From NCBI GenBank assembly GCA_964016885.1, contig OZ024766.1:12524001-12588000 (forward strand): a stretch of 64,000 bases of DNA, in the 5' to 3' direction. Position numbers and translations under genes: made by a program. Every line of letters starts with the position of its first letter. Positions within the stretch are counted from its first letter, which is position 1. Origin of the DNA: Eledone cirrhosa. Its lineage: Eukaryota. Below the pieces are notes generated by a model. The model was not told where the DNA came from. It was given only the letters and a program-made list of their open reading frames with translations, and searched no databases. This document shows, one piece after another, positions 50,701 to 62,477 of this stretch.

Positions 50701-53377
50701 TTCAGCTTCCAGTAACCGGGTCCCTGTCTATGGGTTCTATCAAGGTTGGCTATGCAGGTCACTAACTTGTGATCCGAATAGTCAACCATGAACATTTTTG
50801 GACAGCTAAATGTGTCCCTATCCTTATCTCTAGGACCCTATCTAGGTACGACCTAGATGTTCCGCTGCGATTGGTCCACGTCCATAGTGGTACAGTCGGA
50901 AAATCTAGTCGATATCTATCGGCCGATTAACCTTTTGAGGCTTTTACACCCCCCTCTATTGGCACATGCCCCCACATAGTCCCAACGTGCATCCAGGATA
51001 CCATTCCAGTCCCCCACTAAAAGCAAGGAGTGGGACGTTCCCAGAAAAGTTTCCAGACGTTGGAAGTAGTCCCGCCGCGCTGCCCAAAATGGGGCGTACA
51101 CAGCAATTAGTCTAAAGGCTCCACTTTCACTACTGCCGACATCTAAAACACCAGTCGACCCTCCGGGTCCAGGTGCACCTTCTGTATGGCGAGGCCCAGG
51201 TGTTTTCGCAGCAGAACGACAACTCCACCCCCACCCCCCAGTTGACAGAGAGATGCGAAGATCTCAAAGTCGTCGAAGAGGGGCGCCAGTTGGTGCTCGC
51301 TGCTGATCCTGGACTCGCAAATAGCCATTACATCCATTCTATGCGACCTGAGATCGTTTAAATGTTTGCCTTGTTTCCAAGACAGTCCCAGGACGCGTAC
51401 ATTCAGACACCCAACTCTTATATCAGCCATGTTGGTTAAAAGAGGAAGGACCTACCTGTTCGGCTCCTGAGGAGCAGATTGCACAATATCCATGGGCGTA
51501 TTGGAGGGGTTGTTTGGTGGGGTGTTGATCTGTAGTGGGGTGGGGGTGTTTGGTGAGGTGTGGGTGGGGAAACGTTTCAAAAGGACACGGTTATAGGGTC
51601 GAGTACATGTTTTCCCCACGTCCTCAGGAAAGTTCTCTTAGTTTTAAATAGGTGTCCATTGGGAGTCTTATCATTTTTAAATGCGGTTTGTTGGCCGCGC
51701 TTGCAAAGAATTGCCCTTCAGTTTCCACCGAAGGGTCTTTGTGTATTGTTTTTACTAGTTCTTTGTTATTTGTGTTAATGTATGTATACTGTTTTATTTG
51801 TGTTTGTTTGTTGTTGTGCGTGCTTGTGTTTTGCTGTATGTGTTATGTTTTGGGGTGGGGTGGTTTTTGTTTGTTCTGTTTGTTTTGTTTTTGTTGGTGG
51901 TTGTGTGTTTGTTTCGTTTATGTTCGTGTGGTGTTTTTTTTTTCTTTTTACAGGTTGGAAGGGTCCCCCCTCTTCGTCACTAGGTGCCATTTCAGCTGGG
52001 TCCTCGTCCGTACTGTCGGGTAGTGGTGTATTTTGGGGTTTTGTTGTGTTTGTGTGTGTTTTTGGAGTTGTTTTGGGTGGGACTGTGTCTTGTATTATTT
52101 TTTCGTGTTGTTTTTATTGTTGTTGTGGCGGTGGTGGGGTGTAGGCAAAAGAGCCTTTTTTTTTTTTTGTCAATTGAGGACAGGCAGCCCTTAGATGACC
52201 CCTCCTTGAACAGTAGTAACATATGGGCCTCCTACCCTCGGCTGAAATGTATACAAATGTTTCTCCATTGAGGGACACCCTCTATGGTATTCTTGCTATT
52301 CGTTCTGGTCTCATTTGGACCAGAACCTCCACGCTCAAACCGCCGAAAACGTCTGTGGTGACTTCTCCTACTGAGAGGATTCCGTTCTCGTCTTCTAAAA
52401 ATCCTGTTAGTACCCAGGAAATGCATGCATTTGGCCAGATTCCGGAGACTCTTATCTTTTGCGTTCTTTTCCCCAAGTATGTGGGGAAAAATGTGTGTAG
52501 CTTGGAAACAATTGGCGACATAGAGTATTTCCTGGCCGTCAATTGATCCTTCATTATCACCGTTATATTCCCCCAGAGTGGCCCTTTTTGTATGAACGAT
52601 ATATCACTCCACACATTTTTTAGGACCAGCTCAATTTCTTTTTGGGATAATTGAGCTGGTTTCCTTGTTATGTTGGAAATTGTTCTGAAAGATATCGTTC
52701 TTAGTGCTGTGTCTCTTTTGATTTCTTGTGGGGAGGTGATTGTGAAGTCTCCTCCTTCTTTGAAAGTTACATACTGTCTTGCTTCCTTCATCTTTTCTCT
52801 CAGAGTTGTAATGTCCAGTTGCTTGCAGGTTTGTGTATTCCGGACCGCCTGTGCAAAGGAGGCACCAGTAGTGGGTTCGCTTTGTTTGGTGTTCTCGTTA
52901 TTTTTTCCATTTTTTTCTTGGTTGGTGTTGTGACTATTGCTGTTGTTGATCATGCTGTTATTGTCATTGTTGTTTTTGTCTGCGTTTATGTGACTTTCTG
53001 GGTTTTCACCCATTTTTACAAATTTTTCTTTTAATTTTGTGTTCCATGTTTCTTTTGCAGAAGTGAGGAGGGAAGACTTAGAGCCTTGTGCTTCTAGCTT
53101 CTCTGTATCACCTTTCTTAGGGGGCGGGGCTTTCTCGTTAGGATGAGATGTGAAAATTCCGTCCATTTCTATCAGTTTGCCGTAATAAATTTTTAAATGT
53201 AAAATTCGCTCCAAAAAGGAGCGAAAATAAATAAACTCAAAGTCTGAAGACCCAGGCAAGGGGTTAACGTATATTACAGTACAAAAACAATAAATCAAAA
53301 CTCACTTTTGAGTAAGTAAATCCAACTCGGTAGCCGAGCTTGTTCACATACGTCAACACACGTCTCTCGTATACGAG
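47777..53377 (-). mobile_element. Tx1/L1-clade non-LTR retrotransposon, full-length but disrupted (copy 1)
   Basis: ORF1 remnant 52282-53298, APE start MADIRVGCLNVR, RT YADD, zf-RVT-like C-terminus. Several stops and frameshifts. Confidence 0.9.
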
Positions 53378-54392
53378 ATGTTATGTGAGTTATTATGTGA
53401 GGTAAAGCCTTTACCATGAAAATACAATAGTATATATAGAGTAATGTAAATGTTGTGTGAGATATTATGTGGGGTAAAGCCTTTACCATGAAAATACAAT
53501 AGTATATATAGAGTAATGTAAATGTTATTAGATATTATGTAAGGTAAAGCCTTTATTGTGAAAATACAATAGTATATATAGAGTAATGTAAATGTTATGT
53601 GAGATATTATGTGAGGTAAAGCCTTTACCATGAAAATACAATAGTATATATAGAGTAAGGTAAATGTTGTGTGAGATATTATGTAAGGTAAAGCCTTTAC
53701 TGTGAAAATACAATAGTATATATAGAGTAATGTAAATGTTATGTGAGGTATTATGGGAGGTAAAGCCTGTACTGTGACAATACAATAGTATATATAGAGT
53801 AATGTAAATGTTATGTGAGATATTATCTGAGGTAAAGCCTTTACTGTGAAAATACAATAGTATATATAGAGTAATGTAAATGTGCGAGATATTATGTAAG
53901 GTAAAGCCTTTATTGTGAAAATACAATAGTATATATAGAGTAATGTAAATGTTATGCAAGATATTAAGTAAGGTAAAGCCTTTACCATGAAAATACAATA
54001 GTATATATAGAGTAATGTAAATGTTGTGTGAGATATTATGTGGGGTAAAGGCTTTACCATGAAAATACAATAGTATATATAGAGTAATGTAAATGTTCTG
54101 AGATATTATGTAAGGTAAAGCCTTTACTGTGAAAATACAATAGTATATATAGAGTAATTTCTTTATTTGCCACCAGGGCACAAAAGGTAGGGACAGATAC
54201 AAGGGGGGAAGTTTACATATAATTAACGAGTACAAAAATATAAAAATGAAATAACAACAACAAACGAAGTCCTCAATAGGGAGGGGGCATTAACATGGGT
54301 CGCACACACCCCGGAAAAAATGTGCAACCCTTCTCCTCAGGAGCACAAAGAGTAGGTGCTTCCCTCGTCTCCTCTTTTTCCTCTTCTTTCAC

Positions 54393-57300
54393 CTACAGGC
54401 TGATATAGAGAGATGACCTATTAACTCTGGCCATTCTCCCTACTTTCACCCACCTTTCATAAAACTTGCTGGGGTAGAGCACCTGTCTCTCCATTCTGAT
54501 CCTTCTTTTAAAATGGTATTTGAAGAAGGGGACCAGTTGTTGGCCGGAGAGAAAGGTGTCTGACCTCAGCCCTTTCAGCCTCGTCCACCATACAACTTCT
54601 TTAGCCATGGCTATCACACAGAGAAAAACCGCCTCTCCTTCGTTTTTGAAAGGGGGAGGCGGTTTGATCGTGACAATGGACTCGGTGGTCAACCGGATTG
54701 GTCCCATCCTCGACAATAGTCGTTCCACATAGCCCCACAGGTCAGCAATGCCTGGGCAGTGTATGAATGCTTGTGCAACGGTTTCGTCGTCATGCACGCA
54801 TCTCGGACAGATCTTATTCAAAGGATCCCTACCCAGGCTCCCATGCCTGTGGAGCTTGTCTCGAACGGGTAGAGCCCCTCGGTAGCACTGCCAAGCCAGG
54901 GACTTTTGGAAGTTGTCCATCGGTCCAGGGCCAAACGTCCTACCGAACAGACTGGCCAGTTCATCTTCCTCCATGCCTAGAGCTTCTCCGAGAGCATCGT
55001 TGCACCTGCTGCGTACCAACCCTCTATAGAATGTCGTGGTGGAGTCTCCACTGATTGCCGGGTCCGCTTTCAAGAGGGCCGTGAGCGCCTGGGCACATTC
55101 AATGTGCCAGTCGCCCACTTTTCTCGGTCTTTGCTTGACCCAGAATTGCAGCTCGGTGAGCGAGACGAGTCTGGGTAAGGCTTGCCTCACAAACGGGGCC
55201 CACACCGGTTGACCGGTGAGGAATACCTGGAGGTGCCGTAGCCTTAATGCGTGTTTACGCATCTGTAGCCACGGCATCCCCAGCCCTCCTTTCGAAGGGT
55301 GTTGACAGCAGATGGATCTCCTCACCAAAGGGGTCCACTTGTTCCAAAGAAATTGGAACAGCACGCACTCCATTTTGGCGAGTCTTTTCGCTGGGCAAGG
55401 CACGACGGTCAAGCGGTAGTAGATGACGGATGCTATATAAGCGTTCGCCACCTCCGCTCGACCTTTCAGGGATAGTTTGCACTGGGACCACTTCTGGGTG
55501 AGTGCAAACACACTGGCCGTTACCTCGTTCCAGTTTTTCACCACCTGGAGGTCTGGTCCGAACCAGACCCCAAGCAGCTTCACCAGACCCTCCGTCCAGC
55601 ATCCCACGACGTCATTGGAGGGCATCGGTTTGCCTCTCCATGTTCCGAGTTGCAAACCGACGGACTTGTGTCGGTTCAGCTTGGCTCCTGTAAACCTTTC
55701 ATATTCCTCCAGTAAGGTGCCGATCTCACCGATTTGCGAGGTTTTCGACACCATTACTGTCACGTCATCGGCGTAGGCCGACGCCGCTTTCTGCAATCCC
55801 GGTTCCAAAGGGATGCCCTGCAACCGCTCCAACTTCCGCAGTAGTGGCTCAAGAGCCAGCACATACAGTAGGGAGGAGAGAGGGCATCCCTGTCGGATGG
55901 ATCGCATGATTTGGAACGGCTCCGAGAGGTGGCCGTTCACCTTGACCCTTGAGCAGACGTTGCTGCTGTGCATCGCAGCAATCCAACCCCTGAAAACGGG
56001 TCCGAAGCCTGCCGCCGCGAGCACCGCATCCAGGTAACGATGGTCAACCCTATCGAAAGCTTTAGATTGATCCGAGTTGATCAGGGCCCCACCAAAGCCG
56101 GGTTCATTCCCTACCCTCTCTATGATGTATCGCATAAGGTGGAGATTGTCGTGAATGGACCTGGACGGGATTGCGCATGTCTGCGCTTCTCCCACCAGGT
56201 TTCCGACGACAAGCGCCAACCTCTTCGCTAACACCTTGGCCAAAATCTTTAACTCTGTATTTAGCAGAGTTATGGGCCTGAAGTTACTTATGTCATCCCC
56301 CTTGTTCTCATCCTTCCTCACCAGCGTAACTACGCCCTTGGTCACAGAACTGGGAATTCTCCCGTTCTGCTGCCAGTTGCAGTAGACCGCTTCGAGGTAT
56401 TCGGAGAACAAGTCCGGCATCGCTACATATAGCTCGTATGGTAGACCATCGAGACCCGGGGATTTGCGTTTGCCGCATTGGCTCAGCGCCGCCCCTATCT
56501 CAGCAGCTGAAATCGTCCTTTTGCAGGACTTCGTCTCCGCGTCCAAGAGGCGCGGCAGACCGTCGAGGTATGGATTGAAATCCATAGTCTCACCCGGCGC
56601 GCCGCCCCTCTCGAACAGTCGTGCAAAGTGCCGCTGAAAGGCCGCACACATCTGCCCAGGTTCAAGGATCACACGCCCATCCTGGTCCTTCAAAGACTGA
56701 ATCGTGGACTTGTTCCCACTTTTTGCCTCTGTCACTCGGGCCCAGCTCACAGCTTTGGCTACCTCATTACCCAGAGCACGTATTTTACTCCTGACAACGC
56801 AGCCTTCATGCTTCACCTCAAAGAACTGGTCTAAGGCCATTCTTGATGCCAGCACGCCGGCTACATTGCCACTCCTAATCGCCTCTTCTACTCTATCTAC
56901 TAATTCCCTTTCCGTCTTGTTCCTATCCCTTGCTAATTCCTGACTAAAACCTATCAATTCTATTCTAATTGCTCTCTTAAGAGAGCTCCACCACCTGTTG
57001 TTGACAATTGCCCCTGTCAAACTCTGCTTAACTAACGTGCTAATCCGTTTACTGTAAGCTTTGCTTCTCGGTAAGGACAAGTTCAGCTTCCAGTAACCGG
57101 GTCCCTGTCTATGGGTTCTATCAAGGTTGGCTATGCAGGTCACTAACTTGTGATCCGAATAGTCAACCATGAACATTTTTGGACAGCTAAATGTGTCCCT
57201 ATCCTTATCTCTAGGACCCTATCTAGGTACGACCTAGATGTTCCGCTGCGATTGGTCCACGTCCATAGTGGTACAGTCGGAAAATCTAGTCGATATCTAT

Positions 57301-57823
57301 CGGCCAGGTCAAATCGGTCGATTAACCTTTTGAGGCTTTTACACCCACCTCTATTGGCACATGCCCCCACATAGTCCCAACGTGCATCCAGGATACCATT
57401 CCAGTCCCCCACTAAAAGCAAGGAGCGGAACGTTCCCAGAAAAGTTTCCAGACGGAAGTATTCCGGCCGTGCTGCCCAAAAAGGGGCGTACACAGCTATT
57501 AGTCTAAGGGCTCCACTTTCACTACTGCCGACGTCTAAAACCACCAGTCGACCCTCCGGGTCCAGGTGCACCTTCTGTATGGCGAGGCCCAGGTGTTTTC
57601 GCAGCAGAACGACAACTCCACCCCCACCCCCCGGTTGACAGAGAGATGCGAAGATCTCAAAGTCGTCGAAGAGGGGCGCCAGTTGGTGCTCGCTGCTGAT
57701 CCTGGACTCGCAAATAGCCATTACATCCATTCTATGCGACCTGAGATCGTTTAAAAGTTTGCCTTGTTTCCAAGACAGTCCCAGGACGCGTACATTCAGA
57801 CACCCAACTCTTATATCAGCCAT
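54393..57823 (-). pseudogene. ORF2 (APE endonuclease + reverse transcriptase + C-terminal Zn motif) with a frameshift near 57210
   Basis: motifs GDWN, SYLDRV, SDH, WKLN, KSPGLDGLP, NFRPITLLN, KAFDRV, RQGCPLS, YADD and CPRC..ETV..AFIHC. Confidence 0.88.
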
Positions 57824-58383
57824 GTTGGTTAAAAGAGGAAGGACCTACCTGTTCGGCTCCTGAGGAGCAGGTTGCACAATATCCATGGGCGTATTGGAGG
57901 GGTTGTTTGGTGGGGTGTTGTTCTGTGGTGGAGTGGGGGTGTTTGGTGAGGTGTGGGTGGGGAAACGTTTCAAGAGGACGCGGTTATAGGGTCGAGTACA
58001 TGTTTTCCCCACGTCCTCAGGAAAGTTCTCTCTTAGTTTTGCATAGGTGTCCATTGGGAGTCTTATCATTTTTAAATGCGGTTTGTTGGCCGCGCTTGCA
58101 AAGAATTGCCCTTCAGTTTCCACCAAAGGGTCTTTGTGTATTGTTTTTACGAGTTCTTTGTTATTTGTGTTAATGTATGTATACTGTTTTATTTGTGTTG
58201 TGTTTGTTTGTTGTTATGTGTGCTTACGTTTTGTTGTATGTGTTATGTTTTGGGGTGGGGCGGATTTTGTTTGTTCTGTTTGTTTTGTTTTTGTTGGTGG
58301 TTGTGTGTTTGTTTCGTTTATGTTAGAGTGGTGCTTTCTTTTTTTCCTTTTTACAGGTTGGAAGGGTCCCCCCCTCTTCGTCA

Positions 58384-59583
58384 CTAGGTGCCGTTTCCGC
58401 TGGGTCCTCGTCCGTGCTGTCGGGTAGTGGTGTATTTTGGGGTTTTGTTGTATTTGTGTGTGTTTTGGGGTTTTGTTGTATTTGTGTGTGTTTTGGGAGT
58501 TGTTTTGGGTGGGGCCGTGTCTTGTGTTATTTTTCCGTGTTGTTGTGGTGGTGGTGGTGGAGGTGGTGGTGGTGGTGTGTGGGGTGTAGGAAAAAGAGCC
58601 TTTTTTTTTGTCAATTGAGGACAAGCAGCCCTTAGATGACCCCTGCTTGAACAGTAGTAACATATGGGCCTCCTACCCTCGGCTGAAATATATATAAATG
58701 TTTCTCCATCGAGGGACACCCTCTGTGGTATTCTAGCTATTCGTTCTGGTCTCATTTGGCCCAGAACCTCCATGCTCAAACCGCCGAAAACGTCTGTGGT
58801 GACTTCTCCTACTGAAAGGATTCCGTCCTCGTCTTCTAAAAATCCTGTTAGTACCCAGGAAATGCATGCATTTGGCCGGATTCCGGAGACCCTTATCTTC
58901 TGCGTTCTTTTCCCTAAATATGTGGGGAAAAATGTATGTAGCTTGGAAACAATTGGCGCCACAGAGTATTTCCTGGCCGTCAATTGATCCTTCATTAGGA
59001 CCGTTATATTCCCATAGAGTGGCCCTTTTTGTATGAACGATATATCACTCCACACATTTTTTAGGACCAGCTCAATCTCTTTTTGGGATAATTGAGTTGG
59101 TTTCCTTGTTATGTTAGAAATTGTTCTGAAAGATATCATTCTTAGCGTCGTGTCTCTTTTGATTTCTTGTGGGGAGGTGATTGTGAAGTCTCCTCCTTCT
59201 TTGAAAGTTACATACTGTTTCGCTTCCTTCATCTTTTCTCTCAGAGTTGTAATGTCCAGTTGCTTGCAGGTTTGTGTTTTCCGGATCGCCTGTGCAAAGG
59301 AGGCACCAGTAGTGGGTTCGCTTTGTTTGGTGTTATCGTTATTTTTTCCTTGGTTGGTGTTGTGACTATTGCTGTTATTGTCGTTGTTGTTTTTGTCTGC
59401 GTTTATGTGACTTTCTGGGTTTTCACCCATTTTTACAAATTTTTCTTTTAATTCCGTGTTCCATGTTTCTTTTGCAGAAGTGAGGAGGGAAGACTTAGAG
59501 CCTTGTGCTTCTAGCTTCTCTGTATCACCTTTCTTAGGGGGCGTGGCTTTCATGTTAGGATGAGATGTGAAAATTCCGTCCAT
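58384..59583 (-). CDS. ORF1 gag-like zinc-knuckle protein of the Tx1-like element (3' part probably frameshifted)
   Basis: MDGIFTSH start, CX2CX4HX4C knuckle, Pro/Thr-rich tail. Confidence 0.65.
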   Translation of the reverse strand: MDGIFTSHPNMKATPPKKGDTEKLEAQGSKSSLLTSAKETWNTELKEKFVKMGENPESHINADKNNNDNNSNSHNTNQGKNNDNTKQSEPTTGASFAQAIRKTQTCKQLDITTLREKMKEAKQYVTFKEGGDFTITSPQEIKRDTTLRMISFRTISNITRKPTQLSQKEIELVLKNVWSDISFIQKGPLYGNITVLMKDQLTARKYSVAPIVSKLHTFFPTYLGKRTQKIRVSGIRPNACISWVLTGFLEDEDGILSVGEVTTDVFGGLSMEVLGQMRPERIARIPQRVSLDGETFIYISAEGRRPICYYCSSRGHLRAACPQLTKKKALFPTPHTPPPPPPPPPPQQHGKITQDTAPPKTTPKTHTNTTKPQNTHKYNKTPKYTTTRQHGRGPSGNGT

Positions 59584-60354
59584 TTCTATTAGTTTGCCGT
59601 AATAAGTTTTTAACTGTAAAATTCGCCCCAGAAAGGGGCGAAAATAAATAAACTCAAAGTTTGACGACCAAGGCAAGGGGTAACGTATATTACAGTATAA
59701 AAAAATTAATCAAAACTCACTTTTTGAGTAAGTAAATCCGACTCGGTAGCCGAGCTTGTTCACACACGTCAACACACGTCTCTCGTATACGAGATGTTAT
59801 GTGAGATATTATGTGAGGTAAAGTCTTTACTGTGAAAATACAATAGTATATATAGAGTAATGTAAATGTTATGTGAGATATTATGTGAGGTAAAGCCTTT
59901 ACTGTGAACATACAATAGTATATTTAGAGTAATGTAAATGTTATGTGAGGTAAAGCCTTTACTGTGAAAATACAATAGTATATATAGAGTAATGTAAATG
60001 TTATGTGAGATATTATGTGAGGTAAAGCCTTACTGTGAAAATACAATAGTAGATATAGAGTAATGTAAATGTTGTGTGAGGTATTATGTGAGGTAAAGCC
60101 TTTACTGTGAAAATACAATAGTATATATAGAGTAATGTAAATGTTATGTGAGGTAAAGCCTTTACTGTGAAAATACCATAATATATATAGAGTAATGTAA
60201 ATCATAAAGGGTTAAGCAAATGTCCAAACAACCCTATTATGTTGGACATTTGCCTGTTATCCCACTACATCTCTTGTGTACCCAAGATCTGCACTGTGTA
60301 AATTCCATAGAATTTATGCCAACTCCTTTTCTACATATTGAACATGGCCATTTC

Positions 60355-60465
60355 TGAAAAAAGTCTTCTATTAAAAATCAGACAATATTTAATTATCTCA
60401 CTCATGTAAGATATGGTTTAGGTTATAGCGTTTGATGGTTCTTATTACAGTGTAATATCTTCCAA
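60355..60465 (-). other. relic homologous to the ZNF-family 3' UTR
   Basis: TTAAAAAT..ACAATATT.AATTATCTCAC...GTTTGATGGTT...TTACAGTG..ATATCTTC matches 244-335 and 14811-14896. Confidence 0.65.
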
Positions 60466-61428
60466 TGTCAACTCTGGATGTCGGTGAGCATGTCCAGCTA
60501 ACATCAGTCTCCTCTGTGTCACTTTTGAGCTGACTTTTGGGAGGCTCCCATACAGCTCTGAGATTTTCATCCTCAGTGTATACTGATTAATGTTCAGAGC
60601 CATCCTCAGCATTCTCGTGTAGCACCCATCCACCATCTGAGTGAGTTTCTTGGCCAGTGTCCAAGTCTCAGACCCGTACAGCAGCACAGACTCCACTACA
60701 ACAATGAGCCATCCTCAGCATTCTCGTGTAGCACCCATCCACCATCCTAGTGAGTTTCTTGGTCAGTGTCCAAGTCTCAGACCCGTACAGCAGCACAGAC
60801 TCCACTACAGCAATGAGCCATCCTCAGCATTCTCGTGTAGCACCCATCCACCATCCTAGTGAGTTTCTTGGTCAGTGTCCAAGTCTCAGACCCGTACAGC
60901 AGCACAGACTCCACTACAACAATGAGCCATCCTCAGCATTCTCGTGTAGCACCCATCCACCATCCTAGTGAGTTTCTTGGTCAGTGTCCAAGTCTCAGAC
61001 CCGTACAGCAGCACAGACTCCACTACAGCAATGAGCCATCCTTAGCATTCTCGTGTAGCACCCATCCACCATCCTAGTGAGTTTCTTGGTCAGTGTCCAA
61101 GTCTCAGACCCATACAGCAGCACAGACTCCACTACAACAATGAGCCATCCTCAGCATTCTCGTGTCGCACCCATCCACCATCTGAGTGAGTTTCTTGGTC
61201 AGTGTCCAAGTCTCAGACCCATACAGCAGCACAGACTCCACTACAGCAATGAAGAGGGGGATTTTCAGGTCTTTACGAAGACCAAGGTTAACATATGTTG
61301 ATGCCCTAAGGACAGACACTGGTCTGTTGGAGACGCAGGACATGGCAGCGATAATGAGGGCCAGAGACCGCTGGAGAGAACTCGTCCATGGATCTCGGGA
61401 ATTTTACCCGCCTTAGAATAGAATAGAG
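60466..61428. mobile_element. 5'-inverted RTE fragment with 12-bp TSD and an internal 109-bp tandem repeat (about 6 copies)
   Basis: Minus part VESVLLYGSETWTL...LAGHAHRHPELT; plus part RPRLTYVDAL...DRWRELV with (ATAGA)n tail. TSD AATATCTTCCAA at 60454-60465 and 61429-61440. Confidence 0.8.
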
Positions 61429-61557
61429 AATATCTTCCAAAATGATATAGCACGGGTTCCCGAGATATGGGGTTTTTCCAGATACCTTCATAAACAAAGA
61501 GAGAGAAAGATAGAAAGAAACATATAGTGCTTGTGTGTGAGTCAATTGAAAGACATC

Positions 61558-61958
61558 CACACACACACACACACACATATATGTATATATATATATATAC
61601 ACACACACACATATATGTATATATATATATATACACACACACACATATATATATATATACACACACATATATATATACACACACACACACACATATATAT
61701 ACACACACACATATATATATATACACACACACATATATATACACACACATATATATATATATACACACACACACATATATATACACACACACACATATAT
61801 ACACACACACACATATATACACACACACATATATATACACACACATATATATATACACACACATATATATATATATACACACACACATATATATACACAC
61901 ACATATATATATATACACACACACATATATATACACACACACACATATATACACACAC

Positions 61959-61989
<31 letters not shown>

Positions 61990-62164
61990 TATATATACAC
62001 ACACACACATATATATACACACACACATATATATACACACACACATATATATATACACACACACACATATATATACACACACACACACATATATATACAC
62101 ACATATATATATACACACATACACATATATATATACACACACACATATATATACACACACACAC

Positions 62165-62195
<31 letters not shown>

Positions 62196-62416
62196 TATAT
62201 ACACACACACATATACACACACATATATATACACACACACATATATATATACACACACACACACACACATATATACACACACACATATATATATATATAC
62301 ACACACATATATATATACACACACACATATATATATATATATACACACACACATATATATACACACACACATATATATACACACACACACACACATTTAT
62401 ATATACACACACACAC

Positions 62417-62473
<57 letters not shown>
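61558..62473. repeat. compound (CA)n(TA)n microsatellite
   Basis: direct inspection. Confidence 0.97.
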
Positions 62474-62477
62474 GGTA

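Larger units (their letters stand above)
54158..59793 (-). mobile_element. Tx1/L1-clade non-LTR retrotransposon, full-length (copy 2)
   Basis: ORF1 with CCHC knuckle CYYCSSRGHLRAAC. ORF2 = APE (57143-57823) plus RT (54393-57176), split by one frameshift. 3' end ...GGCAAATAAAGAAA. Confidence 0.92.

Noticed and set aside
47777-59793. two independent site-specific Tx1 insertions as proof of targeting
   Set aside because: The shared frameshift and shared order of flanking satellite variants favour duplication of one insertion.
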